Below, in pieces: positions 40,528 to 50,075 of a stretch of 64,000 bases of DNA. Origin of the DNA: an uncultured Desulfospira sp. GTDB taxonomy: Bacteria; Desulfobacterota; Desulfobacteria; Desulfobacterales; Desulfobacteraceae. Position 1 is the stretch's first letter; every line of letters starts with the position of its first letter. The stretch is taken from NCBI GenBank assembly GCA_963663165.1, contig OY760175.1, positions 5,760,001 to 5,824,000 on the forward strand, given 5' to 3'. The translations under genes were made by a program, and so were the position numbers. The notes under the pieces are model-generated. The model was not told the DNA's origin. It saw only the letters and a program-made list of their open reading frames with translations, and ran no database searches.

Positions 40528-40944
40528 TCATTGAATGTGTATTATCTTTACATTTACGGTATCCGCAGCTTCGGCGACGTAACCGATGGCTCCCGGGGTG
40601 TTGGCCACATAGGAGATCATGGCCTTGTCGTTGGCCACACGCTTGGGGGCCTGGCCCCTGCCGGTGAAGATCAGCTTTTTGTAATAGCTTCTAAATTGCG
40701 AAGATGACTTTTTCACAAAGTTTCTCAAAAATGCGTCATGGATGGTATCGTCTTCCTGGATCACCAGTTTAACGGCACCGCCTTCAAGCGTTTTTTTCTT
40801 GCTCAAGAAAATTTTTTTGATATCATTCTGACTGAGTGAATTTTCCTTCACGCTTGGGTTGGCTATGATTGTGACATCGCCGGCGAGGCAGGCCCCCGAG
40901 GAGCAAACCAATGACAGCAATGTCAGCCAGAAGATAATTTTCAT
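40528..40944 (-). CDS. Small PstS-like periplasmic binding protein
   Basis: Signal peptide, VTIIANPS...LS..DIKKIFL, IFTGRGQAP, V.NTPGAIGYV. Confidence 0.8.
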   Translation of the reverse strand: MKIIFWLTLLSLVCSSGACLAGDVTIIANPSVKENSLSQNDIKKIFLSKKKTLEGGAVKLVIQEDDTIHDAFLRNFVKKSSSQFRSYYKKLIFTGRGQAPKRVANDKAMISYVANTPGAIGYVAEAADTVNVKIIHIQ

Positions 40945-41145
40945 CTCTCTTCCTCAAGATGACAGTTGAATTTGTAAACCACGATGCTGATCCGGCTTTT
41001 GAACGTGTTGGCCATATGATCAAGCGGTTTTTAAAAACAGCACATCATAGAAAATGAAAATCCCTGGGCCGAAAGATAGAAAAGTTTAAGATTTAATCTG
41101 CTGTTAGATGAAGTGTATGGCCAATAACATTATGGATTAAAATAA

Positions 41146-41205
41146 TTTAAATGGGTTTGATTCGTCAAGAAAAAATTTAAATGAGTCTGATTCGTCGAGA
41201 AAAAA
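41146..41205. repeat. 30 bp tandem duplication in a divergent promoter region
   Basis: tttaaatgggtttgattcgtcaagaaaaaa / tttaaatgagtctgattcgtcgagaaaaaa. Confidence 0.8.
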
Positions 41206-41637
41206 TGTGAAAATTGTTTCGTAAAGATGGCTTAGCAAATCTTTGTGCATCTCAAGATGTTAGTGAGACTTTCGTATAAAAAATTGAAGGAAATTGAGGA
41301 CAGCAGACAGCTGGCCGGAATGCGTAAACCCGAGGGCGTCGCAATATCCGGTCTCCGGGTTTCCTTCTTCCGGTCTCCATTCTTTTCTTTTCTAACCGCC
41401 TTTTTTATTTTATAATCGATTCAAATTGATCAGCATGTTCCCAAGAATGAATTAATATATAACAGGCATGTCCTGACGAACATGACAAATCATGAAAGCC
41501 GTGAAGGTCACCGAAACGGCAGCTCTGACGGCCTTCAGCCTAAACACCTTCAGTCTTTCATAAAAAACAGAATAAACGAATCATTCGCAAGTCGGAACCA
41601 TTTTCAAAAATACTCTTTTTGCCCGAAGGAAGAGACA

Positions 41638-44600
41638 ATGGGGGCCATTCTAAAGAATATAAAAATCAGCCACAAAATAATGGGCCTTTTCGCCCTGACC
41701 ATCATGGTGATTGTCGTGGTGGTCCTCACGGCCATTCCCAGAATCAACAAAACCATGATTGAGCGGGCCAGGCAGGACCTGAAGCTGATGAACACCCTGG
41801 TCTGCATTATGGCAGAAGCGCTTTTTGTTGAGGATTCCCAGCTGGTGGATCAGATCAGTGAAAGTCAGATTATGGCCTGGGTGCAGGTGTCCAAGGCCAA
41901 AGGGGCCAATGCGGTGATTTTTGATACCCGGGGCAAGGTGGTTTATCATCCGGATTATGATGAGGGCGAAAGCCTGTTGGGGTTACAGGATCAGCGGACT
42001 AAAAAATATTTTATCAAAGACCTGCTTTCGGATGTTGCCGGCGCCGACCCTGATGTCCCCGTGGAGGGGTGGCTGGATTACCGGATTCAGGATAAAGATA
42101 CCGAAAGCGAAACCCTTACCGACAAGATCATGTATTATAATTTTCTACGTGAACGCAACTGGGTGGTGGCCACGGCGATTAACCGCAAGTCGCTGATGAA
42201 ACCGTTTCGCAAACTACAGCAGGACCTTACCCTGGCCGCCCTGGTGATCTTCGGCGTATGGGGCATGATTGTGATCATGTTTTCCAGAAACCTGGGCAAA
42301 TATGAAGAGGAAACCGGTGCCATATTCCACAACACCCAGGTCGGTCTCATGCTGCTGCGCGACGGCCGGCAGCTGGTCCGTGCCAACCAGCGCCTGGCAG
42401 ATATCTTCGGGTATGAGACCTCTGATGCTGTAAAAAGAGTCACCATGGCGGATCTGTATCCCTCTAAAAAGGCTTTCAGGGCATTCATGGACCAATATCA
42501 TCAGAAAATCGTACACGGGGGCAGGGTGCAGGCGGAGGCCAGGCTCATGCGCAAAGACGGCACACTCATCTGGTGTGCCATTGCCGGCAAAGCCCTGGAT
42601 GCCAGGCCTGAGCCGGACCTGAACAAGGGGATCATCTGGGTGGTGGATGATATTACCCCGCGCAAGGCCATGGAGCTTGAGATCGTCCAGCAGCGGGAAG
42701 AGGCGGAACAGGCCCGGCATGAGGCAGAAGGGGCCAACCGCTTTAAAAGCGATTTTCTGGCCAACATGAGCCATGAGATCCGGACCCCCATGAACGCCAT
42801 TATCGGCATGACCTATCTGTTGAAGCAGCAGGCATTGAACGATGATCAGAAAAATTATGTGGACAAGATCGAAGGCTCGTCCAACTCCCTGTTAAACCTG
42901 ATCAACGATATCCTGGATTTTTCCAAAATTGAAGCCGGCAAGCTGGACATTGAACAGGTGGAGTTTGATCTGCACACGGTGATTGAAAATGTCTCCACCC
43001 TGATTGAAATCAAAGCCATCGGCAAGTGCCTTGATTTCATCGTCTACTATTCACCCGGCATGAATATGATCCGGTTTGGAGATCCCTTACGCATCGGGCA
43101 GATTTTGACTAACCTTGCCAACAATGCGGTCAAGTTCACCGAACAGGGCGAGGTCGGGATCTACATTGAACAGACAGACAGCGGGCTGATCCGGTTTCAG
43201 GTCAAAGATACGGGCATCGGCCTGACCCCTGAGCAGCAGTCCAGGCTGTTCCAGTCCTTTTCCCAGGCCGACACCAGCACTACCCGGAAATACGGCGGCA
43301 CGGGGTTGGGGCTTGCCATCTCCAAGCAGCTGGTCACCCTGATGGGCGGCCGCATCTGGGTGGAGAGCGAAGCCAATAAAGGCAGTTCCTTTATTTTTGA
43401 ACTTCCCCTGGAAGAAAAGCAGGGGGCCCGGGGCCATGAGAAGATCTTCAATGATAAACGGGTGCTGGTGGTGGATGATACCCGGTCCTGGCAGCAGGTG
43501 CTGGTCAACCTGCTCAGATACTACGGCATAGAACCGGATGTGGCGGCATCCGGCGAAGAGGCGGTCTCCCTGTCGTGCCGGGATAACCGGCAGTACGATC
43601 TGGTGTTTATGGACTGGCATCTGCCGGGCATGGACGGCATCGAAGCCGCAAACCAGATCCGGCAGCACAGCCCGGCACCGCCGACCACCATTATCATGGT
43701 TTCGGCCTACCGCAAGGAGACGGTTTTCAAGGCCGCCAGCGCCAGCGGGATTGATGTGTTCCTGGAAAAGCCCATCAGTCCCTCTTTGTTTTACAATGCC
43801 CTGGTGGAGACATTTGAAGAGGGGGTCAAAAAGGATTACCATCGCCAGGTGGACACCTCCTTACTCAGGGACCAGCTGACCACCCTGAAAGACAGTTCCA
43901 TCCTGCTGGTTGAAGACAACGCCCTGAACCGGGAGATCATCCACGGCATGCTCAAGGAGAGCGGGATTTTGATCACGGATGCGGAAAACGGCCAACTGGC
44001 CGTGGACACCTACCTCGGGGACCCGGACCGGTTTGAACTGATCCTGATGGACCTTCAGATGCCGGTGATGGACGGCTATGGCGCCACGCGTCTGATCCGG
44101 CAGCAGGATACCGATGTGCCCATTATCGCCCTGACCGCCAATGCCATGGTGACCGATATCCGGCGCACCCGGGATGCGGGCATGAATGAACATCTGAACA
44201 AGCCCATTGATGTGGAAAAGCTGTTTGCCACCCTGCTGAAATATATCCGTCAGAAATGTGATCCCCAGTCATTGTCCGGGTCCCCGGATCAGAACGAACC
44301 GTCCGGGAAAAATCCGGACATGGAAATCCCTGATTTCATCAGTATTGACAAAACCCGGGGGCTTAAACACATCATGGGGAATACCGACCTTTACAGCACG
44401 CTGCTCAGGGATTTTGCCCGGGAGTATAAAAACGCAGCCCAGACCCTGAACGATCTGCTTGCCCAAGACCGGGCCGCAGCCGAACGGCTAGCCCACACCA
44501 TTAAAGGGCTTTCCGCCAATATCGGGGCCATGGACCTCAATGCCGTGGCCGAAAAAATGGAGCAGGAACTGTCGCAGGATTTCATGCCGGGATTTGCCCG

Positions 44601-44895
44601 GGAGATAGACCGGGTGGTCACAGAGATCGAAGCCTGTGAGGTCCTCTATCAGACGGTGGACAACCCGTCGGCCCCGCCGCTTGATCCTGACACCCATGAC
44701 CGGTTGATCCGGGAACTGACAACGGCGATTGAACGCAAGCGCCCGGCCCTGGTAAATCCGGTCCTTGAACAGCTTGAGTCTCATGAACTGCCGGATGAAG
44801 AAAGACAGATCCTGGCCCATGTCCGCAACCGGGTAAAAAAGTACAAGTTCAAAGAGGCCCTTGAGGCCCTTCGGCCGCTATCGAACGGGTCTTGA
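41638..44895 (+). CDS. Hybrid sensor kinase (Cache, PAS, HisKA, HATPase, 2 REC, Hpt)
   Basis: FLANMSHEIRTPMN, NAVKFT, GGTGLGL, two receivers, Hpt AHTIKG. Likely start 41638 after GAAGGA; ORF is open from 41482. Confidence 0.93.
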   Translation: MGAILKNIKISHKIMGLFALTIMVIVVVVLTAIPRINKTMIERARQDLKLMNTLVCIMAEALFVEDSQLVDQISESQIMAWVQVSKAKGANAVIFDTRGKVVYHPDYDEGESLLGLQDQRTKKYFIKDLLSDVAGADPDVPVEGWLDYRIQDKDTESETLTDKIMYYNFLRERNWVVATAINRKSLMKPFRKLQQDLTLAALVIFGVWGMIVIMFSRNLGKYEEETGAIFHNTQVGLMLLRDGRQLVRANQRLADIFGYETSDAVKRVTMADLYPSKKAFRAFMDQYHQKIVHGGRVQAEARLMRKDGTLIWCAIAGKALDARPEPDLNKGIIWVVDDITPRKAMELEIVQQREEAEQARHEAEGANRFKSDFLANMSHEIRTPMNAIIGMTYLLKQQALNDDQKNYVDKIEGSSNSLLNLINDILDFSKIEAGKLDIEQVEFDLHTVIENVSTLIEIKAIGKCLDFIVYYSPGMNMIRFGDPLRIGQILTNLANNAVKFTEQGEVGIYIEQTDSGLIRFQVKDTGIGLTPEQQSRLFQSFSQADTSTTRKYGGTGLGLAISKQLVTLMGGRIWVESEANKGSSFIFELPLEEKQGARGHEKIFNDKRVLVVDDTRSWQQVLVNLLRYYGIEPDVAASGEEAVSLSCRDNRQYDLVFMDWHLPGMDGIEAANQIRQHSPAPPTTIIMVSAYRKETVFKAASASGIDVFLEKPISPSLFYNALVETFEEGVKKDYHRQVDTSLLRDQLTTLKDSSILLVEDNALNREIIHGMLKESGILITDAENGQLAVDTYLGDPDRFELILMDLQMPVMDGYGATRLIRQQDTDVPIIALTANAMVTDIRRTRDAGMNEHLNKPIDVEKLFATLLKYIRQKCDPQSLSGSPDQNEPSGKNPDMEIPDFISIDKTRGLKHIMGNTDLYSTLLRDFAREYKNAAQTLNDLLAQDRAAAERLAHTIKGLSANIGAMDLNAVAEKMEQELSQDFMPGFAREIDRVVTEIEACEVLYQTVDNPSAPPLDPDTHDRLIRELTTAIERKRPALVNPVLEQLESHELPDEERQILAHVRNRVKKYKFKEALEALRPLSNGS

Positions 44896-44913
44896 GGCCG
44901 ATTTCGATTTTGG

Positions 44914-44960
44914 GTTGGAGCGGGCCATGCCCGCGAATCGCGGGCATGGCCCGCTCCAAC
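44914..44960. repeat. Stand-alone REPIN-like palindrome
   Basis: GTTGGAGCGGGCCATGCCCGCGA-A-TCGCGGGCATGGCCCGCTCCAAC between convergent kinase genes. Confidence 0.9.
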
Positions 44961-45041
44961 AAGGCTGATTCACAAGACGATGAGCATGGGCCGGATTAAG
45001 AGCCAGATGCCGTTTTCCGGATTCGGCTCCCGGTCTTCCCC

Positions 45042-47864
45042 TTATTCCTTCAGAATCTGAGCCAGAACCCGGGCAAAGTCGCCGGTGATGATGGGTTTCA
45101 TCAGCACCTTCTGGATACCGTATTTTTCAAGGATTTCATCGGTTAAGTCTTCGCTGAAACCGGTGCTGATGATAATGGGGATATCCGGCCGCAGGGTTTT
45201 GGCCGCCCGGGCAAAATCCAGACCGGACATGCCGGGCATGGTCAGGTCAGTAATAATCAGGTCCACGGAATCAGATTCTTTTTCAAAGGTTTCAAGGGCC
45301 CTGGCCGGATCCGTAAATTCAATATGGCTGTATCCGAGCCGGCCCACGAACTGGGACATAAAACTGATAATGGCCGGTTCGTCATCCAGCAGAAGAATCC
45401 GCCCTTTTCCTTTGGGGAGGTCATCATTTGCAACCCTGACCTCTTCTCCGAGGTCACCGGACTGCTCGGGTATCAGCACCTGGAAAGTCGATCCCATGCC
45501 CGGTTCGCTGTAAACCGTGATATGGCCGTCCATATCCCGGACAATGCCGTAGGTTACGGCAAGCCCCATTCCGGTTCCCTCTCCCCGGGCCTTGGTGGTG
45601 AAAAAAGGTTCGAATATTTTTTCCTGAATGGTTTTGTTGATTCCGCATCCCGTATCTTTGACCAGTATCCGGACATAGGTCCCGGGTTTGAGTTCTTTCG
45701 GGGACAATTGGGGGGCTGATGCGATGACGGTGGTATCCAGCTCAAGGGTCAGGGTCCCGCCCTTGTCTTTCATGGCGTGGGCAGCGTTGGTCAACAGATT
45801 CATGAACACCTGGTGAAGCTGGGTGGGGTCTGCGAGAACCACACAGCGGGTTTCCCTGATATCCCGCTTAATTTCAATATCAGCGGGTATGGATGCCCGG
45901 ATAAACTGGAGGCATTCTTTTACCAGGGGGACAATTTCCATCCGGTTTTTCTGGATATCGTTTTTCCGGCTGAAGGCCAGGATATGACGGACCAGGTCCC
46001 TTGCCCTTATGCCGGCGGCCAGCACCTTGTCCATGTGGCTTTTCATGGGATCATCGTCCCTGGCATCCAGCCGGGCAAGTTCCGTGAACCCCATCATGGA
46101 GGAGAGAATATTGTTGAAGTCATGGGCAATCCCCCCGGCCAGGGTGCCCAGGGCTTCCATTTTCTGGGCCTGCATGATGCGCGATTCCATGGATTTTCGC
46201 TGGGAAATGTCCCGGGTAATTCCCAGGATCCGGTCCGGTTTCCCGTTTTCATCCCTTAAAAACCGGGCCGTGGCTTCTGCCCAGACGGTTCCCCCCTGTT
46301 TTTTGTTAATTTCAATTTCCATGTTCCTGAACCGGGCAGGGTCTACGCCGGGGGCACCATCCTGTTTGAGTTCTTCATTAATGATGCCCATGGCCGTATC
46401 CAGGGAGGATTTGGTCAGATCCTCTCCCACAGACATGGCTTCGTATTCTTCAGGGGCATATCCGGACAGGTTTTTAATTGACGGACTGATATAAATGTAC
46501 TTACCATTTGAAATATCCAGCACCCAGATCACATCGGTGGCATTGTCCGCTAAAAGGCGGTACCGCTCTTCGCTTTGCTTTAGCTGCTCCTGGTCCTGTT
46601 TCCGCTGAAGGATCTTTAACATCTCTTCCATGATCAGGCTCAACTGCCGGATATCCGATAAGTTGTAATTTTCTTTTTTGTTTCCCACCCCTGCCAGGGC
46701 CACCATCTGGCCCTGTTCAAATACCGGAACCAGCGCCATCCGGGTAACGGGAACATGTCCCCTGGGCATCCCTTTTTTTAACGGGGAGGTATAGGCGTCA
46801 TAGTTGTTGATGATTTCCGCTTTCCGGGTCCTGGCGGCCAGGGCCCACAGTCCGGTATCCTTTACATCAAATGAAAGGGTTTTATCCTCAATTTCACATT
46901 CTTTCATGGTCTGTCTTGACCAGGTGTGCATGGTCAGCACGGATTCGTCAGGGTTCAAAAAGGCCAGGTAGCCGATGCTGCTTTCGGTCAGGGTAATGGC
47001 GTTTTCAAGGGCAAGGGCGGTAATATCACCTACGGGCTCCTCGGTCATCCGGCTCAGCCTGAGCAGTTTTTTTATCCGAAGGTCCTCTAACTTCTTGGCT
47101 TTTTCCGCCCGTTTTTCCTTTTTCCGGATAAAAAGGACCTGGGCTGATATATAAATGGAGATGAATACGATAACAATGAGCAGCCCGATCAAAATCTGGA
47201 TGAACCGTGAGGTGACCAGGTTGGTTTCCCGGGCAATGTCATCCCTGTATAGCCCGGTTCCGATAACCCATCCCCATGGTTCAAAGCTTCTGACATAGGA
47301 GATCTTGGCGGAAATTTTCCCCGGGGTATCTTTCCACTGCCAGTAGTAATCCACATAGCCGGACTGATTTTTCTTCACCGTTTCAACCATGGAAACAAAG
47401 GGGTAGTTCCCGGCTTTGTCCTGGAAGTGGCTCAGGTCTGCGCCCTCCAGGTCCGGCCGGTAGGGGTGCATGATCATAAACGAGTGCATATCCGTGATCC
47501 AGAAATAGTCTTTCCCCTCAATGCCGTATCTTAGCCCCCGGATAATTTCTGCGGTCCTGGCCTTGGCCCTGGTTTCAGTCATCTCGTTTTGCCGGACCTT
47601 GGATTCATACTCGGATAAAAGGCTTAGCACACTGTCGGTTAAATGCCGGATGGTGAGTTTTTTCTGGTTCAGCAGCTGCTTTTCAAACTGGGGCACAAAC
47701 ACGAAAAAAAGGCTTAAGGCAAAAAGCAGATAGGTAAAGTACATGGGGACAAGAATTTTAGCGGAGCCTGAAAGAAATGTCATTCCGGCTGTTTTGTCAT
47801 GGGCGCTTTTTTTCAAAATAAGATGGTCTCCGGGAAAATATGGGGTTAATTCCTGATGCCGCAA
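45042..47864 (-). CDS. Hybrid sensor kinase (sCache_2, GAF, PAS, HisKA, HATPase, REC)
   Basis: YFWI.D....MIMHP, KISYV..F.PWGWVIGTG, IAHDFNNIL, GTGMGL, C-terminal REC. Start uncertain (possibly 47783). Confidence 0.92.
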   Translation of the reverse strand: MRHQELTPYFPGDHLILKKSAHDKTAGMTFLSGSAKILVPMYFTYLLFALSLFFVFVPQFEKQLLNQKKLTIRHLTDSVLSLLSEYESKVRQNEMTETRAKARTAEIIRGLRYGIEGKDYFWITDMHSFMIMHPYRPDLEGADLSHFQDKAGNYPFVSMVETVKKNQSGYVDYYWQWKDTPGKISAKISYVRSFEPWGWVIGTGLYRDDIARETNLVTSRFIQILIGLLIVIVFISIYISAQVLFIRKKEKRAEKAKKLEDLRIKKLLRLSRMTEEPVGDITALALENAITLTESSIGYLAFLNPDESVLTMHTWSRQTMKECEIEDKTLSFDVKDTGLWALAARTRKAEIINNYDAYTSPLKKGMPRGHVPVTRMALVPVFEQGQMVALAGVGNKKENYNLSDIRQLSLIMEEMLKILQRKQDQEQLKQSEERYRLLADNATDVIWVLDISNGKYIYISPSIKNLSGYAPEEYEAMSVGEDLTKSSLDTAMGIINEELKQDGAPGVDPARFRNMEIEINKKQGGTVWAEATARFLRDENGKPDRILGITRDISQRKSMESRIMQAQKMEALGTLAGGIAHDFNNILSSMMGFTELARLDARDDDPMKSHMDKVLAAGIRARDLVRHILAFSRKNDIQKNRMEIVPLVKECLQFIRASIPADIEIKRDIRETRCVVLADPTQLHQVFMNLLTNAAHAMKDKGGTLTLELDTTVIASAPQLSPKELKPGTYVRILVKDTGCGINKTIQEKIFEPFFTTKARGEGTGMGLAVTYGIVRDMDGHITVYSEPGMGSTFQVLIPEQSGDLGEEVRVANDDLPKGKGRILLLDDEPAIISFMSQFVGRLGYSHIEFTDPARALETFEKESDSVDLIITDLTMPGMSGLDFARAAKTLRPDIPIIISTGFSEDLTDEILEKYGIQKVLMKPIITGDFARVLAQILKE

Positions 47865-47955
47865 GGTTTGGGGAAAAAGGGATGTCCCACAGTTTCTGTT
47901 TTCTGCTGTTGATGAAAATATTGTACCAAATGACGGTAGAGAGTCAATGTAAAAT

Positions 47956-48015
47956 ATGGAGACCGGAAGAAAGGAGACCGGAGACCGGATCGCGCATTCT
48001 TAGGGGTTTCGCATT
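47956..48015. repeat. GGAGACC heptamer element
   Basis: atggagaccggaagaaaggagaccggagaccggat...; reverse complement resembles 41319-41382 and 59150-59215. Confidence 0.7.
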
Positions 48016-49321
48016 AAAGCCTTTGGATGATGTATAGGTACATGGGCAGCCGGCTGGCAGACTTCAGCCGGTAAAAATCGTAAAGGATCTCCCTGGACGG
48101 GCTGCCGAATTTTAAGGGCGACAGGTAAATGGAGCCCTTGGGCATGGTATGGCCAAGCTGCTCCCTGACCAGGTCCATCATGGCCCCGGTGTGGCCGCTG
48201 GCCAGGGACTCGTCCATGACAAAGTTGCCGGTGATTTCAATGTTTAAAAACTGCTGGTTGATCTGTTGTGCCAGGAAAAAAGCATTTTCCACTTTCTCAG
48301 TGGTGATGGGCTTGCCTAAAATGTCCAGGGTGTTCTGGTCACAGGATTCAAACCCGACGTTGATATAGGTCTCAAAGGGCAGCCGGTTTAACCGTTCAAA
48401 AAAGGCCAGGGGCTTTCCCAACAGGGCATCCACGCTGCCGAACAGGTAGAGTTTGGGGTGGGTCATGAAAGAACGGGTAAACTCAAATTCGTCAAAGCCT
48501 GCCCGGGCAGCGGACAGGATCAGCTCCTCCGGGGCGTTCAGGGCGTCATGCTCGCCAAGGTACAGGCTGTTGACATTGACAAGGTCCGGGCCGTACAGCT
48601 GTTTAAATTCCCGGATCTGTTCCATGATATCGGCCATGGGCCGGGGCGCGAAAGGCTTTTTGTTTTTTATCCGGCAGAATTTGCACTTATACAGGCAGCC
48701 GTCGGCGATGTTCAAGGGGATAACATTATAATCTGAATGCCGGGCATCCGGGGGCAGCACGCTGACCCGGCCTCCCGGGATCCGGAACAGGCTGCGGGCC
48801 TTTTGATCCAGATATTCCGGGGTGACCTGTTTAATACGGTCAATAAAATCCTCGGCCCATTCCGGCATCCCCGGAACCTTTTCGGGCACCTGGGCAATCA
48901 TGTCCTGCCAGCGGCTGCATATCCGGGCGATTTCTTTTTCCCTGAAGGGCTTTCCCCCCAAAAGGGAATTGGTGGTATAGGACAGATTGGGCAGGTAATA
49001 TTCGCCAATGGATTCGTACACGCCGGAATACCCGCCGCTGGAATAGTAGATCCAGTCGTTGCCGATGGTCCGTTTGAGCCACTCGGAGGGGTGGAGCCAG
49101 TCAGGGGATTTTGACTTGGCATGGGTAATCTCATGGTTTAAATTAAATTCAAACACGGCTTGAGGGGTTTCCAGTTTTGAATACAGCCCGTATTTTACCG
49201 GATAACTGACCTTGACGTATTCATGGCTTCCCCGGCAGTTGATTTCCAGGCTTAAATCTTTTCCCTGGTATGTCAGGTTGGGGTGAACAGCCGTTTCTTC
49301 TGGTTTGATCATCACGTTCAT
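48014..49321 (-). CDS. Radical SAM protein with uncharacterised N-terminal domain
   Basis: CxxxCxxC (CLYKCKFC), YLGEHDAL, INVGFES. Start 49321 assumed; ORF is open to 49387. Confidence 0.85.
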   Translation of the reverse strand: MNVMIKPEETAVHPNLTYQGKDLSLEINCRGSHEYVKVSYPVKYGLYSKLETPQAVFEFNLNHEITHAKSKSPDWLHPSEWLKRTIGNDWIYYSSGGYSGVYESIGEYYLPNLSYTTNSLLGGKPFREKEIARICSRWQDMIAQVPEKVPGMPEWAEDFIDRIKQVTPEYLDQKARSLFRIPGGRVSVLPPDARHSDYNVIPLNIADGCLYKCKFCRIKNKKPFAPRPMADIMEQIREFKQLYGPDLVNVNSLYLGEHDALNAPEELILSAARAGFDEFEFTRSFMTHPKLYLFGSVDALLGKPLAFFERLNRLPFETYINVGFESCDQNTLDILGKPITTEKVENAFFLAQQINQQFLNIEITGNFVMDESLASGHTGAMMDLVREQLGHTMPKGSIYLSPLKFGSPSREILYDFYRLKSASRLPMYLYIIQRL

Positions 49322-49433
49322 ATATATTTTAAGGTCCCTTTCAAAACCGGTTGAGTATCTTTTTAAAGAAATATGAATTATTGTCAAGGGGGATTGCGGT
49401 TTCCTGTGGTATAATCAACAGCAAAAATCATAA

Positions 49434-49501
49434 TAAGCAATTAGCCCTTAGCGATTAGCCGTTAGCTTTTGGGGTGTGCCAGCCTGCTAACAGCTAATAG
49501 C
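49434..49501. repeat. TTAGC-core heptamer inverted-arm repeat
   Basis: taagcaattagcccttagcgattagccgttagc...gctaacagctaatagc. Confidence 0.7.
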
Positions 49502-49523
49502 TTTACAGAAAGGATAATTCGTC

Positions 49524-50060
49524 ATGAAAGGAATCAAATCAACCGCAAAAGAGCGTATCAGAATTCAACAGGGTGACATCACCACTGTTGATGCGGATGC
49601 CATTGTCAATGCGGCCAATTCCGGCCTGGTCGGCGGCGGGGGCGTTGACGGGGCCATTCACCGGGCCGCAGGGCCTAAGTTAATGGAAGAATGCCGGATG
49701 ATCGGGGGATGCCCCACAGGCCAGGCCAGGCTGACAAAGGGGTATGATTTAAAAGCCCGGTATGTGATCCATGCGGTGGGCCCCATTTACAGCAACGCTG
49801 CAGATGATCCGGTCCTGCTGGCCGGATGTTATAAACAGTCATTTGATCTGGCCAGGGAAAACCAGATCAGAACCCTGGCCTTTCCGGCCATATCCTGCGG
49901 GGTTTATGGTTATCCCATAAGGGATGCCTGCCGGGTTGCCCTTGAAACCACCCTGGAGATATTGAACAATGATGACAGCTTTGAATGGGTGGCCTTTGTC
50001 CTCTTTTCCCGGGATTATCATGAGGTCTATGCCCAGACCCTGGCGGGTTTGCCGAATTAA
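49524..50060 (+). CDS. Macrodomain protein (YmdB/MacroD O-acetyl-ADP-ribose deacetylase)
   Basis: GDIT, DAIVNAAN, GGGGVDGAIHRAAG, VIHAVGP, AFPAISCGVYGYP. Confidence 0.95.
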   Translation: MKGIKSTAKERIRIQQGDITTVDADAIVNAANSGLVGGGGVDGAIHRAAGPKLMEECRMIGGCPTGQARLTKGYDLKARYVIHAVGPIYSNAADDPVLLAGCYKQSFDLARENQIRTLAFPAISCGVYGYPIRDACRVALETTLEILNNDDSFEWVAFVLFSRDYHEVYAQTLAGLPN

Positions 50061-50075
50061 GGAAAGTCTTGTATC

